Made by a program: the position numbers and the translations under genes
Part shown: positions 9,649-20,831 of the stretch, piece after piece
How the letters are laid out: the number at the start of each line of letters is the position of its first letter
How positions within the stretch are numbered: the first letter of the stretch is position 1
Assembly: GCA_963766735.1 (NCBI GenBank)
Contig: CAVYBU010000007.1
Location: 32,001-96,000, forward strand
DNA from: an uncultured Chloroflexia bacterium
GTDB lineage: Bacteria > Chloroflexota > Limnocylindria > Limnocylindrales > CSP1-4
DNA: 64,000 bases
Direction: 5' to 3'
The notes under the pieces: generated by a model
Seen by the model: only the letters and a program-made list of their open reading frames with translations
Databases searched by the model: none
Told to the model about the DNA's origin: nothing

Positions 9649-11938
9649 GCACGAGGTCTTTGAGACCCGCCTGCGCACCGCACTTGCCCGGCACGTGGCC
9701 AACCCTCCCACCGACTTCGACGCACTCGCATTCGCCCGGACCGTCGCCGCCGCCGAGCCGCGCCGGCGCGGCCGAGCCGGCGCGATCGCCGCCGCCCTGG
9801 GCGCGCGGCGCGCGGACCGCCGGCCGTGGTGGGCGGTCCTCGCCCCATCCGCCGGCCGGAGCCCGGCGTACCGGATGGCCTGGATCCTCGTCCTCACCGG
9901 GCTGCTTCTGGCGGCCAGTGTCTCGGCGGTCTTCGTCGGGAGCCAGCTGCTGCACCGCACGAACGAGCTGGCTGTCGTGCCGCCAATGTTGACGCACACG
10001 TTGGCGCACCCCGGCGAAGTGACGGGGGTTGCGTGGAGCCCTGACGGCACCCACCTGGCCACCCGCGGCAGCACCACCGAGAGCAATCGCGACGCCGAAT
10101 GGACGCTGGACGCCGTTGGGGTCTGGGATGCGGCCACGGGCGAGGAGGTGCTGTTGCTCGAGCAGGTTGACGCGGGGGGTGGTCCTCTTGCATACAGCCC
10201 CGATGGCACCCGCCTCGCCATCAGAGGGTTCGAACCGACGGTCTACGACGCGGTGACCGGCGAGGAGGTCGGGCCGACGATCGTTGAGTTCCTTTCCTAC
10301 AGCCCTGACGGCACCCGCATCGCCGCTGGCGGTGCCTGGGGCGCGGCAGGAATCCTCGACGCCACCACCGGCGACGAACAGCTCGAATTCCGCGGGGCCG
10401 GCGGCTTCACGAACGATGCGGCGTGGAGCCCCGACGGCACCCGGATCGCCGCCGCCTATGGGACGAGCATCTGGGTCTGGGACGCGACCACCGGGGACCA
10501 GCTGCTGGTTCTCGAGGGCTACGTCGACGGCGACACCTACGACCGGTTGAGGGACATCGAGTGGAGCCCGGACGGCACCCGGATCGCCGCCGCCTTCAGT
10601 CTCGGGATCAAGATCTGGGACGCGGCCAGCGGCGACCGTTTGCTGACGCTGGAGGGCCACACCGAGGTCGCCTGGAGCCCTGACGGAACCCGCATCGTCA
10701 CGGCCAGCTCCGACGGGACCGCCAGGATCTGGGATGCCACCACCGGCGACGCGCTGACGACCCTCACCGGCCACACCAACCGCGTGACCGACGTGGCATG
10801 GAGCCCCGACGGCACCCGGATCGCGACCGCCAGCCTCGACGGGACCGCCAAGATCTGGAAGGTCCTGTCGCCGCCGGCCGTCGTGCCGGCCCCCAGCGTC
10901 TCCCCAGCGCCGGCGACGCCCGCGACCCTGTCGCCGCTGGCGCTCGACACGGTCGGCGAGCCGACCGTCTCGGAATCGGTGCTTGGCAGGATCACGTGGC
11001 GGACCTACGAGATCCCGCCGGGACATATGCTCGGGGAGCTGACCGGCACGCGGTACGGGCCCGTCGCGCTCGACGACAAGGACCTTCGCTGGCTAGGCCC
11101 GAATGGCACATGGGAGGGAGCGACCCTTCCGTGGGATGCGTCACCGCTGTCATTCGTCAGCGATGGGCGTGTCGTCAGCGGGCTGACGCCGGCTCACTGG
11201 ATTGTGTGGGACGGAAACCGGTGGGGCGTTGGGGATGCCCTCAAACTGCCGATCGGGGACGCCGACTTCGCGGCCGGGCCGCGCGGTGTGATCGTGGTCG
11301 GCCCCGCCGTCGCGGCCATCGCCCGCGACGGGCAGCACTTCGTGACCGTCTCCCGGCCGGGGGGCAGGTACGACTCGATCGGCCCGATCCTCGCGACGGC
11401 CGACGGGTTCGTCGCCCTCGTGCGGGCCGGGGAACCAAATCCCGTGGGGGGCGGCGACCTGGGCGAGCAGATCCCGTGGTTCTCGGCCGATGGCAGCTCC
11501 TGGGAGCCGGCATCGACCGCATCACCATTCGGCGGAGGGACCTCGATCGAGGACGTGGCCGGCCGGGACGGTCGATTCGTGGCCGTGGGACAAGTCGGGC
11601 TCGCCGGGAGCGACCTCGTTTCATGGGTGGCCTGGGTCTCTGATGACGGGCTCGCCTGGGAGCGCCTCACCGACCTCCGATTGCCGTTGAGCGAGGGGGG
11701 TGTCAGGGTGACGGCGGGGGAAGCCGGCTGGGTCATCTACTCGAAGGTCGGGTCCGCCTGGGCCTCTGCGGACGGGCTGGCCTGGGAGTCGCTCGGCGAC
11801 TGGCCAAGGGTTCGCGGCATGGGCTGGATCCCGCCCGAGGTCGTGCTCGCCGGCGACACGATCGTCGGCGTCGGCTATCTCGCGGGCCACGGCGACGTCG
11901 TCGTCGTCGTCGGCACGATCGAGCGTCCCTGGAGGTGA
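9641..11938 (+). CDS. Membrane-anchored WD40 beta-propeller protein, putative anti-sigma factor
   Basis: Overlaps the ECF stop; N-terminal FETRLRTAL segment, one TM, seven (W/Y)SPDGT repeats, Pro/Ala linker, second repeat domain with W.S.DG..W motifs. Confidence 0.75.
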   Translation: MTEHEVFETRLRTALARHVANPPTDFDALAFARTVAAAEPRRRGRAGAIAAALGARRADRRPWWAVLAPSAGRSPAYRMAWILVLTGLLLAASVSAVFVGSQLLHRTNELAVVPPMLTHTLAHPGEVTGVAWSPDGTHLATRGSTTESNRDAEWTLDAVGVWDAATGEEVLLLEQVDAGGGPLAYSPDGTRLAIRGFEPTVYDAVTGEEVGPTIVEFLSYSPDGTRIAAGGAWGAAGILDATTGDEQLEFRGAGGFTNDAAWSPDGTRIAAAYGTSIWVWDATTGDQLLVLEGYVDGDTYDRLRDIEWSPDGTRIAAAFSLGIKIWDAASGDRLLTLEGHTEVAWSPDGTRIVTASSDGTARIWDATTGDALTTLTGHTNRVTDVAWSPDGTRIATASLDGTAKIWKVLSPPAVVPAPSVSPAPATPATLSPLALDTVGEPTVSESVLGRITWRTYEIPPGHMLGELTGTRYGPVALDDKDLRWLGPNGTWEGATLPWDASPLSFVSDGRVVSGLTPAHWIVWDGNRWGVGDALKLPIGDADFAAGPRGVIVVGPAVAAIARDGQHFVTVSRPGGRYDSIGPILATADGFVALVRAGEPNPVGGGDLGEQIPWFSADGSSWEPASTASPFGGGTSIEDVAGRDGRFVAVGQVGLAGSDLVSWVAWVSDDGLAWERLTDLRLPLSEGGVRVTAGEAGWVIYSKVGSAWASADGLAWESLGDWPRVRGMGWIPPEVVLAGDTIVGVGYLAGHGDVVVVVGTIERPWR

Positions 11939-11944
11939 TCAACC

Positions 11945-12922
11945 GTGACACGTCTAGTGTTGGCGCTGGTGGCGGTGGGGCTCTCGGCCTCCCTGGCGGC
12001 CTGCGGCGGTAGCAACCCAACAGGCGCTCCGACAGCGGCGGTCGCTCCGACAGCCACGACCGCTCCGACAGCGATGGCCGCTCCGATGCCGACGGCCGCT
12101 CCGACAGCGGCGCCTGAGGCACAGCCCCAAGCCGTCATCGAGAGAGATCTTGCGTTCGCCACCTACAACGGCGTGACGCTGACGCTCGACTTGTACATTC
12201 CCGCCGACCCCGACGGTGCACCGATCGTGATCGAGCCGTGGGAGAACTTCGCCGAACGAATCGCACAAGAGGGGGCGATCGCAGTCATCGGCAAGACAGG
12301 AGTCAAGGTTCCCGATGCCGGGGACGACGCCGAGGCCCGCCTGAGCGACCACGGTGCCGTCATCCGGGCTCAGGCCGAGCAGACCGCCTGTGCGATCCTT
12401 TTCGCCCGGGCGCGAGCGACCGAGCTGGGAAGTGACGATCCGGTCGTGGTGGTCGGCGGGTGGAGCCAATACGGCGGGGTTGCGGCACATGTCGCACTGT
12501 TCGGAGCCACGCTCGAGGAACGTTGGGACGAGTTCGCCGCCACGGTTGGTGGTCCGCCGCGTCAGGTCGAATGCGCGGTCGCCGACGGCTCGACACACGT
12601 GGATGCCCTGGTGGGTCTGGCCGGCGCCTACGACTTGTACGTACCGGCCTTCGACGGGCGGTATGGGCGAAGCTACCAGCAGGAGATGTACCCAGAACAG
12701 CAGAAGTTCCTGGCCGGCGCGATCGGAGTTCATCCGGAGCTCACGGTTCGCCTGATCCACGGCACTGGTGACGTCATGATCCCCATGGAGGATTCGGTCG
12801 CGTTCGAAACAGCGCTGGCCGACGCCGGCTACGACGTGCAGCTGGCCACCTTCGTTGGCGGGCACCAGAACCCGCCGACCGAGCTCAGCCTCGAGATCTT
12901 CAAGGAAGTCCTCGGCTTGTAG
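11945..12922 (+). CDS. Lipoprotein with alpha/beta-hydrolase fold
   Basis: Lipobox LAAC; APTA linker; TLDLYIP, GWSQYGG, IHGTGDVMIP, GGH. Confidence 0.65.
   Translation: MTRLVLALVAVGLSASLAACGGSNPTGAPTAAVAPTATTAPTAMAAPMPTAAPTAAPEAQPQAVIERDLAFATYNGVTLTLDLYIPADPDGAPIVIEPWENFAERIAQEGAIAVIGKTGVKVPDAGDDAEARLSDHGAVIRAQAEQTACAILFARARATELGSDDPVVVVGGWSQYGGVAAHVALFGATLEERWDEFAATVGGPPRQVECAVADGSTHVDALVGLAGAYDLYVPAFDGRYGRSYQQEMYPEQQKFLAGAIGVHPELTVRLIHGTGDVMIPMEDSVAFETALADAGYDVQLATFVGGHQNPPTELSLEIFKEVLGL
12026..12115 (+). repeat. Five 18-bp tandem units encoding an APTAxx linker
   Basis: gctccga(c/t) recurs at 12026, 12044, 12062, 12080 and 12098. Confidence 0.85.
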
Positions 12923-13109
12923 GTCTGTCATCGACCTGGCACCGATCGCCCCGCCGACTGCCCGTCTGGTACCGGTGATCCGGATCGGCGCTCCCCAGTC
13001 GTCGCGCGGTGGCGGCATGGGCCAGGACCGCACCGACCCGCCGTCGGGTGGCCGCGACGCCGTGATCTCGCCACGGCCTCGATGAGCGCCGGCGTCTCGG
13101 CGATCTCCG

Positions 13110-13270
13110 CATGACGAGTACGTCACTCGTGGACCCGACCGCGACCGCGATCAGGAACGCGAGGACGGTCGCGATGGCGTCGCCGATGTAGGGATGAAGC
13201 CCAGGAAGAACGTGAGGACGCCGACCGGCAGGGCGAGCGGCAGCCCGAGCAGAACCATCATCAGCCACGC
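13110..13270 (-). pseudogene. Internal fragment of an AI-2E family transporter
   Basis: Reads WLMMVLLGLPLALPVGVLTFFLGFIP / YIGDAIATVLAFLIAV across a one-base shift near 13192; the FIPYIG motif is typical of AI-2E/PerM. Confidence 0.6.
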
Positions 13271-13484
13271 CGTCCGACCCAGGTCCGGCGTCCGGTCGCC
13301 ATTGCGACGAAGACGGAAACGAGGACTCAGTCTCCTGGGGTCAGAGGCCCGGGCACGGCAGCGGCCCTTGGTGGAACCTTCGCAACTGGCGGTCTGGCAC
13401 GTGACTCGGTGCGCCCCGCCTCGTACGATTCCGCGACGGATCGCCGTCGTCGGCGACTTCGTCTACCGCGAGATGGAGGTGGCC

Positions 13485-14171
13485 ATGACCATCATCGACT
13501 GCCGTGGACGAGCGGCCACGGTCCTCGGGCTCGCTGCCGTCGTGGCGCTCGCGGCCTGCGGTGGAGCGGCCGCCCCCACGCCCGAGTCCACACTCTCGCC
13601 GACCACCGCGGCTTCGCCCGCGGCAACCCCGGTTCCCGCGCTGCCGGAGCGCACGCCGGAGATCAGCGCGGCGCCCACAGACGCGCCCGTGACCCCCGAC
13701 CCGGACGCGAACGGGGGTTTCGCGTACCCCGCCTCTGAGGTGTTGGCGTACTACGCCGGCCTCGGGTTCGAGTGCCTGGCTCCAGAGGCAAGCACCAAGG
13801 CTTCCGGTTACACCGTGCAGCGCTGTACCAGAGCGGCTCCGGCCGCTGATCAGGTGCACGTAGTCGCGGTCGTGACCGACCCGCGCGGCGTGCCCGGGGA
13901 CGCATTCGCGGCCGTCATCGCGAACGACGGCGCGACGATGCCGACACCCGCGCAGAGCCTCGCCCACCTGTCCCGGTTCGTAGGGGTCATGCTTGGCGGC
14001 GAGATGGGCATGGACCCCAGCGTGTGGCTGGTGAAGAACCTCGGCGCGGAGTCAGAGCAGACGACGGCCGGCGACCTCACGGTCACGACATACAGCTTGA
14101 ACGACGACAGTGGAGTCGGCCTCTTCCTGGAGATGGCCAACCAGGGGTTCCTGGACGCCGCCGCGCCGTGA
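13485..14171 (+). CDS. Hypothetical lipoprotein
   Basis: GGAGGT RBS before the ATG; lipobox LAAC; Pro/Thr-rich linker and a small domain with two Cys. Confidence 0.7.
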   Translation: MTIIDCRGRAATVLGLAAVVALAACGGAAAPTPESTLSPTTAASPAATPVPALPERTPEISAAPTDAPVTPDPDANGGFAYPASEVLAYYAGLGFECLAPEASTKASGYTVQRCTRAAPAADQVHVVAVVTDPRGVPGDAFAAVIANDGATMPTPAQSLAHLSRFVGVMLGGEMGMDPSVWLVKNLGAESEQTTAGDLTVTTYSLNDDSGVGLFLEMANQGFLDAAAP

Positions 14172-14277
14172 TCCGGAGCTGCCGGCAAGCGTCCCGGCCA
14201 CCGTCCACGGCGTAGGCCGAGTCGCGCCAGGCTGGAAGCCCCCGGAGTGAGGCCGCTGGGCAACGCGCCTCGTGCCT

Positions 14278-14467
14278 GGGGTGCTGGGCTACAGCGCCGG
14301 GCCTGACCCGCCGGCGCAGCCCCCTCGCCGCGATCGTGATGATCGTCGTCCTTGGGGCGGTCATCACCCTGGTGGTGGATCTCGACGGGCCGCGCGACGG
14401 GTTCCTCACGGTGAGCCAGCAGCCGCTGATCGACCTCCAGGAGCAGATCGGCCCGCCTTCGCCCTGA
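14278..14467 (+). pseudogene. C-terminal fragment of a DUF4239-like membrane protein
   Basis: GVLGYSAG / LTRRRSPLAAIVMIVVLGAVITLVVDLDGPRDGFLTVSQQPLIDL with a one-base shift near 14300; no N-terminus. Confidence 0.5.
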
Positions 14468-14516
14468 CCGTCCCGCCCACGCTCGGCCGGACGGCGCCAA
14501 CTGCGGGCACGAAGAA

Positions 14517-14550
14517 GCCCCCGTGCCGGACGGCTGTCCGGCACGGGGGC
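14517..14550 (-). terminator. Intrinsic terminator-like hairpin downstream of the nucleotidase
   Basis: Perfect 15-bp inverted repeat gcccccgtgccggac/gtccggcacgggggc followed by ttcttc on the minus strand. Confidence 0.7.
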
Positions 14551-14573
14551 ACTTGTTCCCGACGGGGATCAGG

Positions 14574-16318
14574 CTACGGCAGCTCGTTCACCCGGTCGGT
14601 GCTCGGCGGAGCAACCGGGCTGTAGGCCGCGAAGAAGTTGACAAAGGCCTGGAGGTCGTTGCCACCATCGAGGCGCGGCGCGGTGATGGTGCCGAACGTG
14701 ATGAAGTTGTCCCCACCGTCGGCGAGGAAGTTGTTGACCGTCACGTTGTAGGTGGCTCCCGGGTCGAACGCCACGCCGTTGAGCATCACGTTGCTCACCG
14801 TGACCGACGTGCAGTTGCCGGCGACGATTGTCGTGGCAAGGTCGTAGGTGAGGCCCTCGGACACGCCGAGGTGCAGGAACGGGTCGGCTCGAGCCGATCG
14901 GCTGGCACTGCTCCTCGAGCACCGAGATGATCTGGGCTCCGGTCATCGGGAAGGTGACCAGGGTGTTGCCGAACGGCTGGAACGTGAACGCCTCACCGTA
15001 GGTGACGACGCCATCGCCCTCGGCGGCGGCTGCGACTGCGGCGTACGTGAGATCAGACCGGAGCCCACCGGGGTTCATGAGAGCGAGCTGGGCCCCGCTG
15101 GCCGAGGTCGACCACAGCTGGGCATCGGCGACCAGGTTGCCGATCGCGCGACTCGACGCCACGGTCCGAGTCCGTCGGGTTCCGCCGCGAATGATCGTCG
15201 CGGTGACGTTGCCGATCGGGGTGCTTCCGGCCTGCGTCGTACAGCGGCTGCCACTTGGCGATGATCGCGGTGAGCGCCGGGTCCGGCGTCAGGGCTGTCT
15301 GGTCGACGACGTGGTTGGCCGCCTTGCTGAGGTCGCGGCGCACATCGTGCGTCCGCTTGTCCAGCACGAGGTTGACCTCGGACACGACTCGGCCGTAGGA
15401 GTAGGCGCTGGTGACGATGCGCGGCTTGCCTGCCGAATTGTCAAGCTTGCAGTTGTAGGGCAGGTGGGTGTGACCGGTCAGGATGGCGTCGATCTCGGGA
15501 TCGAGCGCGTCGTTGATCGCGACGATCGGACCGGAGATGCCGACACAGGCGTCAACGTCGCCCGGAGGCGGCGTCTGTGAGCCGCCCTCGTGCAGCAGCA
15601 CGACGATCGCCTCGACGCCCTGCTTCTTGAGGATCGGGACGAGCTTGTTCGCAGTCTCGGCCTCGTCGAGGAAGTCCCAGCCCTGGATGCCGGCGGCGGC
15701 GACGAGGGTGTCGGTGGCCTCGAGCGTCATGCCGATGAAGCCGACCTTGACGTTGTTGAACTGCTTGATCCAGTAGGGCGGCAGGGGCGTCTTGCCGGTC
15801 GTCTCGTTGACGACGTTGGCGGCCAGCCACTGGAACTCGGCACCGGCGTACGGGGCATCGGGGAAGTAGCAGCCGTCCACGGGGTGGCAGCCGCCGTTCT
15901 GCATCCGCAGGAGCTCCGTGACGCCTTCGTCGAACTCGTGGTTGCCCACGCCGGAGACATCGAGGTGCATCGCGTTGAGCGACTCGACGGACGGCTCATC
16001 GTGGAACAGCCCGGAGAACGCAGGCGAGCCACCGATCAGGTCTCCCGCGGCAACGGTCAGGCTGAACTTGTGGCCGCTGCGCAGCTTGGCGAGCTCCGCC
16101 GCAAGGTACTCGGACCCACCGGCGGGAGTCCCTTCGATTGTCCCGGGCGTGCTCGCCTCGAGGTGGCCGTGGTAGTCGTTGAAGGCCAGGAGCTGGACAG
16201 GGATGAGCTGGCCGGGCGGGTCCGGCTGCTTGCCAACCGCGCTGGCGGCGGTGGTCGCCACCAGCATCATCGCGGCAAGGACTGCCAGCAATCGTCGGGA
16301 TCCGGGGGTGATGGGCAC
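14574..16318 (-). CDS. Secreted bifunctional metallophosphatase/5'-nucleotidase, frameshifted (about four single-base indels)
   Basis: Signal peptide; FNDYHG, AGDLIG, GNHEFD, LLHEG, GHTH; C-terminal NPGGLR, QPFGN and NNFLADGGD lie in different frames with shifts near 15231, 15178, 15148 and 14882. Confidence 0.85.
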
Positions 16319-16471
16319 GATCTCCTCCGCTTGCGTGCGGGGTGGTTAGGGAGGTCCCGCAGTAGATTTGTATGGTAACCGGAGGTCGCGCCAATGGGGT
16401 GAACCGGCCATCGATCCGGTGACAGATGTCAACAGAGATCGTCCCGGGGAAGCGACCGCGGGTGCGGGGGG

Positions 16472-18817
<2,346 letters not shown>

Positions 18818-18859
18818 CGGGCCACGGTAGCAGCGCAGCCGGCGAGTCGTGGATATTAG

Positions 18860-18875
18860 TTGCGCAGATACGCAA
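18860..18875. promoter_or_regulatory. Palindromic operator candidate TTGCG-N6-CGCAA
   Basis: ttgcgcagatacgcaa in an AT-richer patch between the divergent uvrA-like and osmC-like genes. Confidence 0.4.
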
Positions 18876-18953
18876 GTAGATGGTAGCCTTCAGATGTCGC
18901 CGGTGCCCATCCTGGGATCGCCATCCCGCGCCGGCCGCAAGAGGGTTCACTTC

Positions 18954-19352
18954 GTGGAGATGATCATCGACTTCCCGGGCGGCTCGCGCGTCGACGCGCA
19001 TTTCGGCGGGTTCTCCGTGCCGACGGACCAGCCGCCGTCGGGTGGGGGTGAGGGTTCGGCCCCGACGCCATTCGCGACCTTCCTGTCGACGATCGGGACA
19101 TGTGCCGGCATCTACGTGCTGGGCTTCTGCCGCCAGCGTGGCATCTCGACGGACGGCATCCGCCTCGTCCAGCGGATGCAGACCGATCCGACGACCCGCC
19201 TGGTGAGCCAGGTGCAGGTCACGATCGAGCTGCCCGAGGGGTTCCCGGCGAAGTACGCGGAGGCGGTCGTGCGCGCCGCGGAGCAGTGCGCGGTCAAGAA
19301 GCACTTCGAGAACCCTCCCGTGATCCACGTGGGAAGCACCCTCGCGGGCTGA
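18954..19352 (+). CDS. OsmC family protein
   Basis: TDQP..GGEGSAPTPF..GTCAG and EQCAVKK with the conserved Cys pair. Confidence 0.85.
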   Translation: MEMIIDFPGGSRVDAHFGGFSVPTDQPPSGGGEGSAPTPFATFLSTIGTCAGIYVLGFCRQRGISTDGIRLVQRMQTDPTTRLVSQVQVTIELPEGFPAKYAEAVVRAAEQCAVKKHFENPPVIHVGSTLAG

Positions 19353-19418
19353 CTTCTCGTGGCTCAAGGTGCATTGACTCCCGTATACAGGGCGCCCTGC
19401 ACCGTGTAGGGTTGCGCA

Positions 19419-20669
19419 ATGGCGTCCCTTCCCACGCGCATCGACACCGCCGTGATCGGTGCCGGCCAGGCCGGGCTCACGATGAGCTGGCACCTGCAGC
19501 AGGCCGGTCGTGACCACCTCCTGCTGGATGCACGCGCCACCCTTGGTGGCGGCTGGCAGGACCGGTGGGACCAGTTCAGGCTCGTCGGGCCGAACTGGAC
19601 GGCATCGTTCCCTGGCGCGCCATATGACGGGAGCGACCCGGATGGGTTCATGGCGCGCGACGAGATCATCGGTCGCGTTGCGCGGTACGCAGAGACGATC
19701 GGCGCGCCGGTGGTCCTCGATACGCGCGTGCACGGGCTTCGAGGCGCGCAGGACGGATTTGCGCTCGAGACCTCCCAGGGTCCGGTCCGCGCCCGCGAGG
19801 TCGTGGTCGCCACTGGCGGCTTCCACGCACCAAGCGTCCCCGCCCTCGCAAGCGGGCTCTCGCCGCGGGTCCTGAGCCTGCATGCGCACGACTATCGACG
19901 AGCCGCCGACCTTCCTCCCGGCGCGGTGCTCGTCGTCGGCTCGGGGCAGACGGGGACGCAGCTGGTCGAGGAGCTGCGGTCGGCAGGCCGGGAGGTCTAC
20001 CTGTGCGTTGGTGGAACTGGTCGTGTTCCGCGCCGGTACCGCGGCAGGGACATCTTCTTCTGGTTGTCGCAGCTGGCCGAGCGCGGGAGGGACGTGGGGG
20101 TCACCCTCCCGTCGGTTGACACCCTGCAGGACCCACGGCGACGGCTGGCCGGCAACCCTCAGTTGTCGGGCCACGGTGGGGGCCACGAGGTCGATCTCCA
20201 CCAGCTCGGTCGGGATGGGACCACGCTGCTGGGCAGGCTCCAGGCGGTAGATGGCGAGCGCATCAGCCTTGGCGCGGGTCTGGCAGCAAGCCTCGCCTCC
20301 GCTGACCGGTTCTTCGGCGAGCGGTTCCAGGGTCCGATCGATGCCTTCATTGCGGCAGCCGGCATGGATTGCCCGCCGGCCGATCCGCCCGTCATCACGG
20401 ACTCCGTGGCACCGGCCATCGCCGAGCTCGCCCTCGATGAGGCGGGCATCTCGACGGTCCTGTGGGCGACCGGGTATCGCCAGGACTACAGCTGGATCGA
20501 GCCTCCGGTCACGGACGAGCTGGGCTTCCCGCGGCAGAGCCTCGGAGCCTCCGACGTGCCTGGGCTCTACTTCATCGGGTCGCTCTGGCAGCACGACCAG
20601 GTGTCCGCCACCCTGGTCGGGCTCCCGCGTGATGCGCGCACGCTGGCGAGCCGGATGGGGCTCGGCTAG
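19419..20669 (+). CDS. Flavin-containing monooxygenase family oxidoreductase
   Basis: VIGAGQAG (FAD), VVATGG, VVGSGQTG (NAD(P)H), LWATGY. Confidence 0.85.
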   Translation: MASLPTRIDTAVIGAGQAGLTMSWHLQQAGRDHLLLDARATLGGGWQDRWDQFRLVGPNWTASFPGAPYDGSDPDGFMARDEIIGRVARYAETIGAPVVLDTRVHGLRGAQDGFALETSQGPVRAREVVVATGGFHAPSVPALASGLSPRVLSLHAHDYRRAADLPPGAVLVVGSGQTGTQLVEELRSAGREVYLCVGGTGRVPRRYRGRDIFFWLSQLAERGRDVGVTLPSVDTLQDPRRRLAGNPQLSGHGGGHEVDLHQLGRDGTTLLGRLQAVDGERISLGAGLAASLASADRFFGERFQGPIDAFIAAAGMDCPPADPPVITDSVAPAIAELALDEAGISTVLWATGYRQDYSWIEPPVTDELGFPRQSLGASDVPGLYFIGSLWQHDQVSATLVGLPRDARTLASRMGLG

Positions 20670-20831
20670 ACCCGACATGGTGCCGCAAGGCACGAGCGAT
20701 TGGCAGCCCGGCGCTCGGAGCGGCACCGTGGTCGCGTATCCTGCTCATCTGACCATCGTTGCTCCCTTCATGCGGCGTGGCCATCGTCCACCTGCGCCAA
20801 GGTCGGAACGCACCTCGAGGAGGAACCTGGG

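Noticed and set aside
10030-10820. Recurring ~20-bp word tggagccc(c/t)gacggcacccg that could be mistaken for a CRISPR array
   Set aside because: Spacing is over 100 bp, in frame and degenerate at codon third positions; these are WD40 protein repeats, and no cas genes are present.
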